A stretch of 47,486 nucleotides of DNA from Octopus bimaculoides (GCF_001194135.2 NC_068981.1:189981602-190029087), one strand, 5' to 3'; shown: positions 1 to 13,045, numbered from the stretch's first letter. Notes: generated from the letters alone by a model not told the origin. Numbers and translations: made by a program.

Positions 1-124
1 GAAATAAACCAAAACTTAAATAAAATTAACTAGAAAAAAAAAAAAATTCCAAAATCATTCAAATTAGAATTCTCGGAAAAAATATATTCCAAATTTTAAA
101 AACGCAACAAATTCCCAAATTTAA

Positions 125-157
125 AAGAACGGCGGGAACTCAGTTGCCAACCCAATA
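125..157. mobile_element. Right terminal inverted repeat of a mariner-derived element that runs off the window start
   Basis: agttgccaacccaata is the reverse complement of TATTGGGTTGGCAACT, a mariner-type TIR start ending in TA; the partner TIR is not in the window. Confidence 0.5.
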
Positions 158-163
158 TATATA

Positions 164-826
164 GGTGCAGGAGTGGCTGTGTGATAAGTAGGTTGCTCAC
201 CAACCACATGGTTCCGGGTTCAGTCCCACTGCGTGGCACCTTGGGCAAGTGTCTTCTACTATAGCCTCGGGCTGACCAAAGTCTTGTGAGTGGATTTGGT
301 AGACGGAAACTGAAAGAAGCCCATCGTATATATGAACATGCATGTGTATGTGTTTGTGTGTCTGTATTTGTCCTCCACCATCGCTTGACAAGCGATGTTG
401 GTATGTTTATGTCCCCGTAACTTAGTGTTTCAGCAAAAGAGATCAATAGAATAGTATAAGTCGGTGAGCTGGCAGAAACGTTAACACCCCGGCCGAAATC
501 CTTAGCAGTATTTCGTCTGCCGTGACGTTCTGAGTTCTAATTCCGCCGAGGTCGTCTTTGCCTTTCATCCTTTCGGGGTCGATAAATTAAGTACCAGTTA
601 CGCACTGGGGTAGATGTAATCGACTTAATCNNNNNNNNNNGCACTGGGGTAGATGTAATCGACTTAATCGTTTGTCTGTCCTTGTTTGTCCCCTCTGTGT
701 AGCCCCTTGTGGGCAGTAAAGAAATAAGAATAAGTACTAGGCTTGCAAAGAATAAGTCCTGGTGTCAATTTGTTTGACTAAAGACGGTGCTTCAGCATGG
801 CCACAGTCAAATGACTGAAACAAATA
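164..826 (+). mobile_element. tRNA-derived SINE family A, split by a nested family-B SINE (head/body 164-456, tail 727-826)
   Basis: Head ggagtggctgtgtgataag...ggttcagtcccactgcgtggcaccttgggcaagt and tail aataagtactaggc...gcttcagcatggccacagtcaaatgactgaaac; same sequence recurs at 1442, 16590, 32890 and 42793. Confidence 0.85.
463..729 (+). mobile_element. tRNA-derived SINE family B (tail type B1) nested in SINE A
   Basis: gagctggcagaaacgtt...ctgagttctaattccgccgaggtcg...gtaccagttacgcactgggg...gggcagtaaagaaataag; more than 10 homologues in the window. Confidence 0.85.
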
Positions 827-957
827 ATATATATATATATATATATANNNNNNNNNNNNNNNNNNNNNNNNNNNNNNNNNNNNNNNNNNNNNNNNNNNNN
901 NNNNNNNNNNNNNNNNNNNNNATATATATAAAGATATTATTATTAATAACAATTGCC

Positions 958-1100
958 TCATGGAAGATGTTTGTCAGTCATTCAAAAACACCCCAGAACC
1001 TTTAGTTTCACTTCAGCATTTAAATTTTCTTTTGTGTCAAAATATTTTCGTCGCTTTGAGACAGCGACTTGTTCACTGACAAAACTTTGTGCTGCATCTA
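958..1100 (-). mobile_element. Interspersed repeat carrying a variant hammerhead motif (copy 1), probably a Penelope-like terminal repeat
   Basis: Homologous by eye to 16363-16500 on the opposite strand. Confidence 0.65.
1035..1081 (-). ncRNA. Minimal type-I hammerhead ribozyme motif, G3:C8 core variant
   Basis: Minus strand reads TGTCA-GTGAACA-A-GTCGCT-gtctcaa-AGCGAC-GAAA-ATAT-T-T-TGACA: 5-bp stem I, 6-bp stem II, one A-U stem III pair capped by a palindromic tetraloop. Confidence 0.6.
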
Positions 1101-1441
1101 ATATGCTTGCTAGCCACTTATATCATTATTGTTTATTAATGATATATTTATATATTTTGATAATTTTATACACTTCTATCATTTTTGAATTTGCTGCTGC
1201 ATTCTAATGGTCAATAGACACATGGTGATGCAAGTATCCTTAACCCTCGGCAGCAAAACTAACTGATGAGAAATAAGTGTTTATAACAGAGGTCGAATCC
1301 ACGTGATATGAGTCCATCTGCAAAATCATTTGCGATTTTATTTGTTAATGGTAAATTGGCTTTTCAAATTACTCATTTCCTTGAATTCACTAGTGTGTTT
1401 AGGTGATAACTATGGTTTCTGAGTCATTTTGACTATTATTT

Positions 1442-1828
1442 CTAGCTTGGTTACCAGCCACATGGTTCCGGGTTCAGTCCCACTGCATGGCTTCTTGAAC
1501 AAGTGTCTTCTACTAAAAGCCTCGGGCTGACCAAAGCCTTGTGAGTGGATTTGGTAGATGGAAACTGAAAGAAGCCCGTCGCGTATGTGTATATATAATA
1601 TATATATGTTTGTGTGTCTGAGTTTGTCCCCCACAACATTACTTGACAACCGATGACGGTGTGTTTACGTCCCTGTAACTTAACAGTTTGGCAAAAGACA
1701 CTGATAGAATAAGTACTAGGCTTAGAAATAATAAGTCCTGGGGTCGATTTGCTTGACTAAAGGTGGTGTTCCAGCATGGCCGCACTCAAATGACTGAAAC
1801 AAATAAAAGGATAAAAGAATAAAAGAAT
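1442..1828 (+). mobile_element. SINE family A, near full length
   Basis: Head, body and tail match the 164 copy; ends in (ataaaag)n. Confidence 0.85.
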
Positions 1829-1899
1829 ACACACATACACATACATACACATGCACATACACAAATGTTTGCTGTGTTTGTGTGTATGTATATGTATTT

Positions 1900-2240
1900 T
1901 TTTATATATACCCAAGCCTATTCCCCATTTTTTATTAGGAGGGGGTAGCCACAACAAGACACACACCAGGCATTCCATTCACTTCCCAGCTAAAAAAAGA
2001 CGAGCCCCGTTCTACGCTCGAATCAAGGCATAGAAAGCAACCCCCAGTATCAGTAGTAGGGCCCGACAGCATATGCTGCTTTACTCCCGCCATATCATGC
2101 TGGTTCCATACCCCTTTGATCAACATGAAATTCACTCATCCAATCCACAAACACTCTCCAAGCTTTCCTATCATTTATAAACTCTCTGCCCTCTTTCACA
2201 CCAACATCTCTAACCACCAATGCTTTCCTCACTCCATGTA
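1900..2240 (-). mobile_element. 3' end of an RTE-type LINE (ORF C-terminus plus 3' UTR)
   Basis: Minus frame GVRKALVVRDVGVKEGREFINDRKAWRVFV resembles RTE ORF C-termini; about 140 bp of 3' UTR is shared with 21915-22065. Confidence 0.6.
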
Positions 2241-2535
2241 TTGGATCCACATATAATACTTATATCAAAACGATGTGTTATAATACTATTTCATATATAT
2301 ACAAAACAGCCACACCAACAATCCAATATACCTCCATCATCAGATGCCCCACGGATATCATTATGGTTTTGACACCTGCACAGTATCAGTCAATCCAATA
2401 GCGTCAACAGCACTAAATTAAGTGTTGCTTGGGAACAAAAATACCAAAGAAACCACAACTTTCAAACACATTTATCCTATGTACAACCGTACCTGTATAT
2501 AGCCTTCACCTAAATCAACTTGGTGCATATAGTCA

Positions 2536-2759
2536 CTTATTTCTTTACTCCCAACAGGGGCTAAACATAGAGGGGACAAACAAGGACAGACAAAGGGATT
2601 AAGTCGATTACATCAACCTCAGTACGTAACTGATGATATGTTATCGATCCCGAAAGGATGAAAGGCAAAGTCGACCTCGGCGGAATTTGAACTCAGAACG
2701 TAACGAAATACCGCTAAGCATTTCGTCCGGCGTGCTAACGTTACTGCTAGTTTGCCGCC
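2536..2759 (-). mobile_element. SINE family B (B1 tail)
   Basis: Reverse complement of the 463-729 element. Confidence 0.85.
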
Positions 2760-3427
2760 TTGGGGCATACAGTCTCTACTGTGAAAACACACAAGTCAGA
2801 CAACTGTAGAGACACAATTTCGAGGAGCTGTGTCTCTGCTCATTGGAAGTCGGCAGCATAAATATATTTATATTTATATATCTATAACTAGAGGAATCCA
2901 TTTTGTGGTGTAGTTTTGACAATAACTGTATGAGGAAAATTATATAACAAACCATACAGAGTGAAATCTATCAAATCTGTGTGAAATCATATTTTTAGTC
3001 TTGGTGCAAAGTAATTTTTCAGTGCTTATCGTCAAATGATTTATTTTGGATTGCTACAGATATATAAATTATCCAACTTAGCACCAACTAGATCAAAATG
3101 ATGAACATTTTTAAGTAATTAAAAAGTATTTGGAATGAATAAAAAACTGGTATTTTTTCTCAAAATATCTGAAACTGCAAAAATTATTTGCCATAATATG
3201 CAAAATATAAAGCAAAAAATGTCCTATTCTGATTGTTATGAAAGAATTATGGTATATTCTGTATATTTCAAGAGATGTTCAAATATTTATAGTGTCACCC
3301 TCTGCGTCTTCTATGTATAGAAGCAATTACGCGTACGTGTCCCTGCCATAAGTATAGCGGCTTCATATTTAGTTCATGCAAATAGCAAAATAAAAGACAT
3401 TTCTTTGAAAAACTTTTACAAAGTACA

Positions 3428-3661
3428 ATGATGATGATGATGATAATGATGATGATGATGATAATGATGATGATGCTGCTAATGATGATGGTGGTGGTGG
3501 TCGTGGTGATGATGATGATGGTGGTGGTGATGATGATGATGAGATGATGATGATGATGATGAAGATAATGATGATGATGGTGGTGGTGGTGATGATGATG
3601 AGGATGATGATGATGATGATAATGATGATGATGATGAAGATAATGATGATGATGGTGGTGG

Positions 3662-3737
<76 letters not shown>

Positions 3738-3826
3738 TACGTACTCTTCACTATTGGATGTCAGAAAAACCTTCGTTAGTTTCTGTGTATCAATGAAATG
3801 CTCTCTCTCTCTTTCTCACTCTTCAT

Positions 3827-3861
<35 letters not shown>

Positions 3862-3916
3862 AATCTTTGATGCTGTTGATGTCACCGTCACCATCATCAT
3901 CAACATCATCATCAAC
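3428..3916. repeat. (ATG/GTG)n array followed by (CAT)n arrays
   Basis: Directly visible trinucleotide repeats at 3428-3735, 3826-3858 and 3893-3916. Confidence 0.95.
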
Positions 3917-3934
3917 ATTGTTGTGCTCTTCCCC

Positions 3935-4070
3935 CTCATCGTTTTACTTCTAGATGTCATGCTAGCATGGGTCAGATGGCTAAGTAGAGAGGACCACATC
4001 GTGCTCCGATGTTTCAGCTTAAACTTGCTTTCTGTGACTGGATGACTTTTCCTAACATCATCCATTTTTT
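3935..4070. repeat. Diverged (CAT)n-anchored interspersed repeat (family D)
   Basis: catcgttttac...catgctagcatggg...ctggatgacttttcctaac is similar to 14300-14570 and 13214-13420. Confidence 0.45.
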
Positions 4071-4324
4071 ACAGTGAACCCGGATTCCTTTTTTTTTCTA
4101 TTTTTATTTTGTGTCTGTGGCACCAGCATTAGTGAGGTTGCCTTGTAATAAGGAAGGTTAAAGCATCTCCACAACAAAGAAAGGGTAGGCAGTGTTGGTG
4201 GACATCAAAAATGGTAAAATGCTCAAGGCTCAAATAGCTTTCATCATTCGTTTACTTCATCAGATCGGACTAGGGGACAACAACAGCAACAGCAACCTCA
4301 GACATAGATTGTTATTGTTGTAGC

Positions 4325-4675
4325 TAATAGTGATTATGATGATATCGATGATGGTGGTGGTGGTGGTGACGACGACGATGATGATGATGATGACGATGAC
4401 GACGACGACGATGATGATTATGCTGTTGATGATGATGACAACGACGATGATGATGATGATGACAATGTTTTGGAGGAGTAATTTAATGATGATGACTGTG
4501 ATGAGCACGAAGCTGATAAAGCTCATCAGCATCATCATCATCATCATCATCAAAATAGTGATGAAGAATACCATTATGATATCAGCTCTTTTATACGAGT
4601 TATTTTTTCTTTGCCTCTGTGACTTGTAGTCTTGAGATAAAGTCCCCACCACCACCACCACCACCACTACTCTTT

Positions 4676-4763
<88 letters not shown>
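4325..4763. repeat. Compound microsatellite (GAT/GAC)n, (CAT)n, (CAC)n, (CT)n
   Basis: Directly visible. Confidence 0.95.
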
Positions 4764-4767
<4 letters not shown>

Positions 4768-5769
4768 AATTCACTTGTCAACCACTTAATTGATAATTTT
4801 GGAATCAGTAACAACGGAAGCCTAGTATTTCAAATTGTTATGTTAAAACTTGTATTGATGAATACTGCTTTTAATTTTCTGTCACATCTTTTCAACCTAT
4901 TTTTCACGAATGTGAACAGATGAGGAAATGAGAGTCATTTAATCGTAAGGGGCTGCACATTTTGATGGACTTAGTAATATCATTTCCGTATAACCTACAT
5001 TAATCTCTTGGTAGCACCACACAACTTTGATGAATACAAATGTCAGTTGCTTAGCAGTAATTAATCTTCTGTACGGAAAATGAAAGTTTTAATTGAAGGC
5101 ATATAATATATATAAAAATTGTGGGCCCTTTATAGAATGATTGATGGCAGAAAACTCATTAAATTTCGTGTCGCGTTCTCCTCTACTGTCAACATCAGTG
5201 TTTAAAATTTACCATTTTACCATGTAAATCTTCTCATGAAATTTATATGAAGACACTTTAATATGTGACATGCAATAAAGAGAACTCTTTCATTACTTAT
5301 TGTAGATTATCTGTAGTTATTGTAGGCTACAGTTCATTGCGTTTCCAAGGTCTGAAATGTTAATGTAGTTGATTGTAACTGATTCAGCCCAGCAATGAAA
5401 AGCTAAGCTGAGGGTCTGTCCAACGAAGAATTGCATCAATGAACTTGAAATGCTATCTTGGAATTAGAAATAGAGTACCAAAACAAAAACTGAATTATAA
5501 ATACTGTATTTAGCTTATAACCGGAGACACCCATTTAATTAAATATATAACGATGACAATGGGATATCATGTAAACGAGAAAATAATTTCAAGACTCACA
5601 CCTTTAAAATACTGTTGTTGTTGCTCTCTATCCATCTTTGGATATTACAGGAATTTCTTCTTCCCTTTTTACTTTCCTCATTTGCTCTCTCTCTTGTTAC
5701 CACATCAGAAAAATGCCTTGTTGTATGTCTTCCAGCTCTTTAGATACTGAGTTCAGTTTCTGCTGAGGC

Positions 5770-6539
<770 letters not shown>

Positions 6540-7252
6540 GCTGAAGCTGACTTTCCCTTTTAGCCTCTTAGGGTCTATAAGTTAAAGTACCAAGCAAATA
6601 CTTGGGTCGATGTAATCAACTTACCCCTCCCCTCAAATTGTAGGCCTTGTGCCAAAATTCGCAAACAGTTATATTTGCACATCATGAACAAAGTCTGTGT
6701 AGGGCCATCCGAGGACGCCAATCCTTAATGTTAGTGACATTACATATAAACTGAACTGTCGTATAAAGATGATGTCTTCCATTTCTGTTATGTTGCATAA
6801 TGGTTCACAGAACAGAGGTAAAACTTCATAAAATTTTCTGCCAGTAGCAGAAACATCAAAGAAGAATAACGCCACTATTTAGAAATTATAAATCCTTATG
6901 GTGTTTGTAATTTATATGTATTGATTTAAGATGGTAGAATATAACAGACCCATTGACAGGACTTGAACTACTTCTCTATCGTGGCAGAGTGATTGTTTCT
7001 TTGTGAAGTGTTTCAAAGCCCGTCAGCAAGGCTTTTACTCTTTACTGTCTCAAGTATAATGTTTATAGATATCGTTACATTGTTATTCTTTGAAGTTAAT
7101 TCAGGATTAGACAAACCAACAAAATCGACAGATAGTTCATATCTCTTTCTCACGTTTTGAAGATTTTGAAAAGGAGTTCTTAACTAAAAATATGAAGTCT
7201 AATTAAACAGTCTTACAGTGATCTTCCAATATTTTTGTTGCTGTAAGACAGC

Positions 7253-7664
7253 AAGTATGCCGGGTGAAATGCTTAACGATATTTCGTCTGTCTTTACATT
7301 CTGAGTTCAAATTCCACTGAGGTTGACTTTGCCTTTCCTCCTTTCGGGGTCAAAATTAAGTACCAGTTGCATACTGGGGTCGATCTAATTGACTGACTCC
7401 CTCTCTAAAAATTCGGGCTTTGTGCCTAGAGTAGAAAAGAATATTTTTCTTACTGTAAGCTGGCAGAAACGTTAGCATGCCGGGCGAAATGCTTTACGTT
7501 ATTTTGTCTGTCTTTACGTTCTGAGTTCAAATTCTGCCAAGGTCGACTTTGCCGTTCATCCTTTTGGGGTCAATAAATTAAGTACCAGTTGTGTACTGAG
7601 GTCGATCCAATTGACTGGCCTACTTCCCCCAAATTTTGGGCCTTGTGCCTGGAGTAGAAAAGAT
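7253..7664 (+). mobile_element. Two tandem SINE family B copies (B2 tail)
   Basis: 7253-7443 and 7458-7664, both ending gccttgtgcct(a/g)gagtagaaaaga. Confidence 0.85.
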
Positions 7665-8067
7665 TACTTTTGTTACTGTTGTTTTACCTCTAATGTTCCG
7701 TAGGTATTTCTCTTGCCTTCTATAACACCTAGATTTCTCTTCATATTCTACAAAGCTTCAGAAAAGCAGCAACATTCCTCTGTTTCTGAAATGAGTAAAA
7801 GGTTATCGGGTAAATCAAGAATAAGAATATCAAGTTATTTTGTCACCTACTTTAATTTCTCTGTTTCTTTTTGGTTTCTCTGTCAAATACCTGTCAGGAT
7901 TGATAATCCAATTCCTTTCAGTTCAATTATTTATAGTCAAAGCAAAAAGTTTAGTGACCTGTCGTGGAGAGTAATAAAAAAAAAAGAAAGAAAACATTGT
8001 TGTTTTTAGAAGATTACTATTTTTAAATCTCACAACGAGAGATATTCAGCAACAGTACTTTGTAGTA

Positions 8068-8292
8068 AAGATTGTTTGCCAACATAACACAGCAGTCCTG
8101 TATTAGGACTAATGTTGCTGTAATTTAGCCCCAGGAGACATCGTCTCCAGCTGGCTATATGACATGATCTGTGTTCTTGTTTGAAAGTATAAGGACACAG
8201 ATCGTGTTGTATAGCCAGATGAAGACGATGTCTCCTGGGGCTAAATTACGGCAACATTAGTCCTAGGGCTGCCATGTTATGTTGGCAATCTT
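8068..8292. mobile_element. Fold-back (palindromic) MITE
   Basis: Arms of about 110 bp (8068-8179 and 8188-8292) are near-perfect reverse complements around a short spacer; a deleted relative lies at 15507-15610. Confidence 0.8.
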
Positions 8293-8454
8293 TTCTATTG
8301 TTGGTTTTGTTGGCACTCAATTCAGTCTTGATCAAATACACCTATGATCAAAGACATTCCAGATTTGACTAACCAGTTTTTTTCTATTTTTCGGGAATAG
8401 CATACTCTTGATTAAATAAGTATTTTTGTTTTGTTTTTTGTTTAAGATAGTTAA

Positions 8455-8689
8455 AGACTAGCCAGGCTCATGGGCCCGGTTTCCCGGTTTCAATGGCGTA
8501 TGTGTTCCCCAGCTGGACGGGACGCCAGTCCATCGCAGCGTGACTCATTTTTGCCAGCTGAGTGGACTGGAGCAACGTGAAATGAAGTGTTTTGCTCAAG
8601 AACACAACACATCGCCCGGTCCAGGAATCGAAACCACAATCTTATGATCATGGTGCTGACACCCTAACCACTAAACCACGCGCGTCCAC
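8455..8689 (-). mobile_element. tRNA-derived SINE with family-E tail and family-F central domain
   Basis: Minus head gtggacgcgcgtggtttagtggttaggg...gtttcgattcctgg; tail gaaaccgggaaaccgggcccatgagcctggctag is shared with 39948-40220. Confidence 0.8.
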
Positions 8690-8744
8690 AATTTAATAAA
8701 CCTACACAGGCAAATATTTTATTTTATTAATTTTTATTTCATAT

Positions 8745-8905
8745 AGGTGTGGCTGTGTGGAAGATGGGAGGTTTACTTCCAACCACATGTTTCTAATTCA
8801 GTCCAACTGTATGGCACTTTGGGAAGGTGTCTTATACTATAGCCCTGGGCCAACGAAAGCATTGTTAGCGAATTTGGAAGATGGAAACTGAAAGAAGCCT
8901 GTTGG
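8745..8905 (+). mobile_element. Degenerate SINE family A, 5' part
   Basis: ggtgtggctgtgtggaag...aaccacatg...gatggaaactgaaagaagcc. Confidence 0.7.
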
Positions 8906-9009
8906 AAGAATGAAAGGCAAAGGTGTATACAGAGAGAACTGAACTCAGAGTGCAGTAAGTTGGGAAAATGTGCCAAGTATTTTGTTATAAGCTTTGACAA
9001 TTCTGCAAA

Positions 9010-10850
9010 ATCATTATCTTGATTTATTGAGATAAAAACTACCTTAATCTCTAATCTCAAAGAAAAAGAAAACCCTTGAAAAAATTATATAATTCTGCTT
9101 TTTGCCTCTAACTGCAGTAATAACACAAAGAAAAGTACACAACTAGAAGGACAGCAACCTGCTTCAAGATGACCAGGGAGGATACTGCAAAAAGCACATA
9201 TAATTGTGAAGATCAATCACTAATAAATAAAGTTGGAACTGAGCATGGCATGGATTGGTTATCACAAAGCTTTATAGTATCACTCACAGGTAGGGGCATC
9301 AAGAATTAGCCACAACTAAGGTACTACCATGAATAATCAGATATGTTAAAGATGTCATAGTTATATGGTAAATAGTTCTAAAGATAGTGACAAAAGAGGA
9401 AGTTACAGTTGTAACTTGTTTCTCATTAAATGCAGAATATTTTAAAGGGATGACTCTTTTGACCCGCATTCCTTTCTGACTTTAACGCCTTTAATGAACA
9501 TGTTAAACTGGACTAGGCTCAGGTAAAAATGCTATGAGAAGACAATCAAATCTATTATGTATATGGATGACCTTAAGTTATATATTGCAGATGATGCAGA
9601 ACTAGAAACACTGCTGCAGACAGTTCATGGATTAACTAGAAGAAAGGATATGAATTTCAGATTAGAAATAATATGCCAAACAAATCTTCAAAGAGGAAAG
9701 AAAATAATGCTAGAACCATGCTAGATAAAAAGAAAGAAGAGAATTAAACTGAACACAGACTTACAAAACTTAGGAATTGATGAAGAAGACATAATACAAC
9801 AATACACAAACAAAAGGCAATTTTTGGAAGACAGGTTATAAATGAAATGCATGAATATTTAATGCAGAACTAGAAGCAAGCAAAAAATGATATTAATAAA
9901 TATCAATGCTCTTGCTGACTCAGTGATAACTTATAGCTATAGCATTCTGAAATGGATGCAAAATAAACTTGCTGGACTAGACAGAAAAATGAGATAATAT
10001 AATGATTATGTTTAGAATATGCCATTCAAAAACTGATAGAAAAAATGTTTCCCACAAATACAAGGAGTTAGTGGCCTTAAGCAACTAGAAAGTTTACATA
10101 ACATATTTAGAGCAAACTAAAACGTTATGTTAAATGATAATGGAAAATTCATACAAATAGCAACACAAAAGAACAGTATTTTTCTTTAATGAAGTAAACA
10201 AATACAAACCGGAGGGGAAAATAATAGACAGTTATGAGGTGTAAAGAGAAAGAACAAAGGAAGTTGCAGAAAAGCTGAAAACTAAATAAAAACGGAGCCA
10301 TAAAATGAACAACTAAATCGATGACAGATAAATCCCTTTTCTGAACAAGGGTGGAAATAGAAAAAGAAAAATCTCAACAGTGTTTGAGAAGTGTTAAGCT
10401 CAAGGCTGAGACAGAAACGTTCTTAGATGCAGCAAATGATCAAAACCTCCTTACCAGAAATTATCGAAGACAAGTGAAGAAGTAGAATATAAAGGAGAAA
10501 TATAAATACTTTATGTAAGGCCACCATTTTGAAATCCCAACAGAAAAGTGGTGGTAGAAACAGACGCAAGAAAAAGACCTTATAGATTAAGAAACGATGA
10601 TACTTTCATAAATGTAGAGATCCACACTGACAGGAAGATGAAGATAATTGTTCTGATATTACTAGTGACCCCCACCTCCAAAAAGAAAGAATTATGAGTG
10701 GCAAAAGACATGTCACCACAACTTGAGGTGCAGTGATGTGAAGGGACCAAAGAATTGTGACTACTTCCAACTGTACTACACGCCCTGTAGACAGTGGTAG
10801 TATTTCATTGTTTCAGAAACATGTAATACTCCAAGTACCAGAATGGAAGG
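9010..10850 (+). mobile_element. Decayed R4/Dong-type non-LTR retrotransposon (RT, thumb and downstream region)
   Basis: Frameshifted motifs in the expected order: NLLQDDQGGYCKK, CEDQSLINKV, SMAWIGYHKA, MYMDDLKLY (YMDD at 9560-9571), KAETETFLDAANDQNLLTRNYR. These match RLE-clade consensus features such as WIDYxKAFDS, YMDDLKLY and ETEGFxxAIQDQ. Confidence 0.8.
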
Positions 10851-12209
10851 ATTACCATCTGTTTGTGATTCCAAGAAACTGGCATCTAGCATGAAGTGAG
10901 AAAAACATACGTAGCATTGTCCATGCATTCTTGCCCAGAATCATTTAGGTTCAGTGGCAACACATGCTTAGGAAAACTGGAAATGAGAGTGGATGCAGGA
11001 CTTTTCAGAATCTTAGCAGAGTTGGATAAGAAGCTATCTGCAAGAACCCCTTCTGGTCTGATTTCTGAAGCCATCTGTGATCAAAGATAGTGGCCCTATT
11101 TGACTCTTAGAATGCAGTCAATCAATGGCAGTCTGGTGCAGGGTTTACATTTTGGCTTGCACTTCTTTTAGACTGATGTTTTGAATACAGCTAGACATCC
11201 ATCATTCCTAATGGTTTAACAGCTCACTCAGTCACCCGTTTCAGTATTTCTATATTCCCATTGTAATAATCCTAAACAGTATTTGACCATCTGCTGTGTT
11301 AATCTGGCCTCTCTCTTAGCAGGTTTTGTGTTTCTGTTCCTGGATTTCTAGCAACTCCCCTCACCGAATAGGAAATTCTAAAGCTGGAAATCACAAATAT
11401 GAAAATATTCTACAGGTGAAAATAACTACAGAATTAAAATCAATAGATCTTCCAGTGGTTTAATGAAAGTATCTCTCAAGTTGAGAACTCAATGACGAAG
11501 TAGCAACAAAAGAGAAACTCAAATTAAGGGGCTGAGGACTTGGAAGCAAATATGAATATATCATTATCACCCACTAAAACAATATAATATATGCTGCAAC
11601 CATTGTGTTTATGAAAAACAGAGAGCAACACTTTCTGTTTTCTGATATAGTAATATTAAAAGCCAGGCAATCATCAGAGAAAAGAAACAAAAGGGAAAAT
11701 GAAATAAAGAAAAACTAGAAAATGAAGGTGAATATAGAAGACGGCAAATATTCTCTTGGTCCTTAATGAAATTAATAACAAAATGATATAACCAAGAAAA
11801 CAAAAGAACCAAAAGTAAATACTACAGAAATGTTAATGTAAACAAACAAGAGGTACTTAAAAATGAAAACATGCCTGAAACAACAGCTCCTAGATTAATT
11901 GCAACGAATTGTGGATTCTGAGAATAAAACAAGTAGTTCTATTCCAAACAAAATGATTATGTCATTAACAAGACAAAGAATTATAATACAAATCAATGCA
12001 TCATTAAAGAAAATAATGAATTTTGGGAAGGGTTATGGACAGCAAAGGGTTCAGCATGTAGATGTTTCAAATCTGAAATTGCAGTAACTGAACTGTCATG
12101 GGGTACCATAGAAACTGATTTGGTACCTTAAACGTTACAAAAATAAATAAAAACAAAGAACATATAAGGCACCAACAAATGATAAACCTTTAACTTTTGG
12201 TTAAAATGA

Positions 12210-12345
12210 CCGATAAGATAAGTACCCAGCTTCAGAGAAAAAAAGTACTGGGATTGATTCATTCAACCAAAATTCTTCAAGGCAGTGTTGCTCCAGCATG
12301 GCAGCAGTTTCGTAACTGCAACAAATAAAAGATAAAAGATAAAGC
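12210..12345 (+). mobile_element. SINE family A tail fragment
   Basis: gataagtac...gctccagcatggcagcag...aaataaaagataaaagataaa. Confidence 0.6.
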
Positions 12346-12570
12346 AAAAGTTGGGCAAAAGCCATTTAATAATCTACCAAAAGAGCTGCATACATCTGGC
12401 TGTGTTATCTAAATCCCTTGGATTAAAGGAGCTTCAAGCCCTAAAAACTACAAACCACAAACCTAATTGCAATATACGATGCCTTAATTGAAAATCGTAT
12501 AATAAAGTATAATCATTTTGACCAAGAAGAAACAAAATTCTAATTTCTCTAAGATGCTGGAACGGTTGAT

Positions 12571-13045
12571 ATTCTTTTCTACTCTAGGCACAAGGCCCGA
12601 AATTTTTGGAGAGGAGGCCAATCGATTAGATCGACCCCAGTGCGCAACTGGGACTTAATTTATCGACCCCGAAAGGATGAAAGGTAAAGTCGACCTCGGC
12701 GGAATTTAAACTCAGAACATAAAGACNNNNNNNNNNGATGAAAGGCAAAGTCGACCTCGGCGGAATTTGAACTCAGAACGTAAAGACAGACGAAATACCG
12801 CTAAGCATTTCACCCAGCGTGCTAAAGTTACTTATTTCTTTATTGCCAACAAGGGGCTAAACATAGAGGGGACAAACAAGGACATACAAAGGGATTAAGT
12901 CAATTACATCGACCCTAGTGCGTAACTAGTACTTAATTTATCGACCCCGAAAGGATGAAAGGTAAAGTCGACCTCGGCGGAATTTAAACTCAGAACATAA
13001 AGACAGACGAAATACCGCTAAGTATTTCGCCCGGCGTACTAACGT
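12571..13045 (-). mobile_element. Cluster of SINE family B copies (B2 then B1), partly duplicated across a 10-N gap
   Basis: Three occurrences of gatgaaagg(c/t)aaagtcgacctcggcggaattt. Confidence 0.85.

Noticed and set aside
96-446. ORFs recurring at 1410-1649, 16617-16925 and 32724-33192
   Set aside because: Chance translations of SINE family A.
602-669. Apparent 29-bp tandem duplication in SINE B
   Set aside because: The copies flank a 10-N scaffold gap; most likely a contig-overlap artefact.
3479-4814. Poly-Ser/His/Met/Ile and RE-repeat ORFs
   Set aside because: Translations of microsatellites with no coding signal.
12667-12785. Repeated SINE B segment
   Set aside because: Straddles a 10-N gap; probable assembly overlap.
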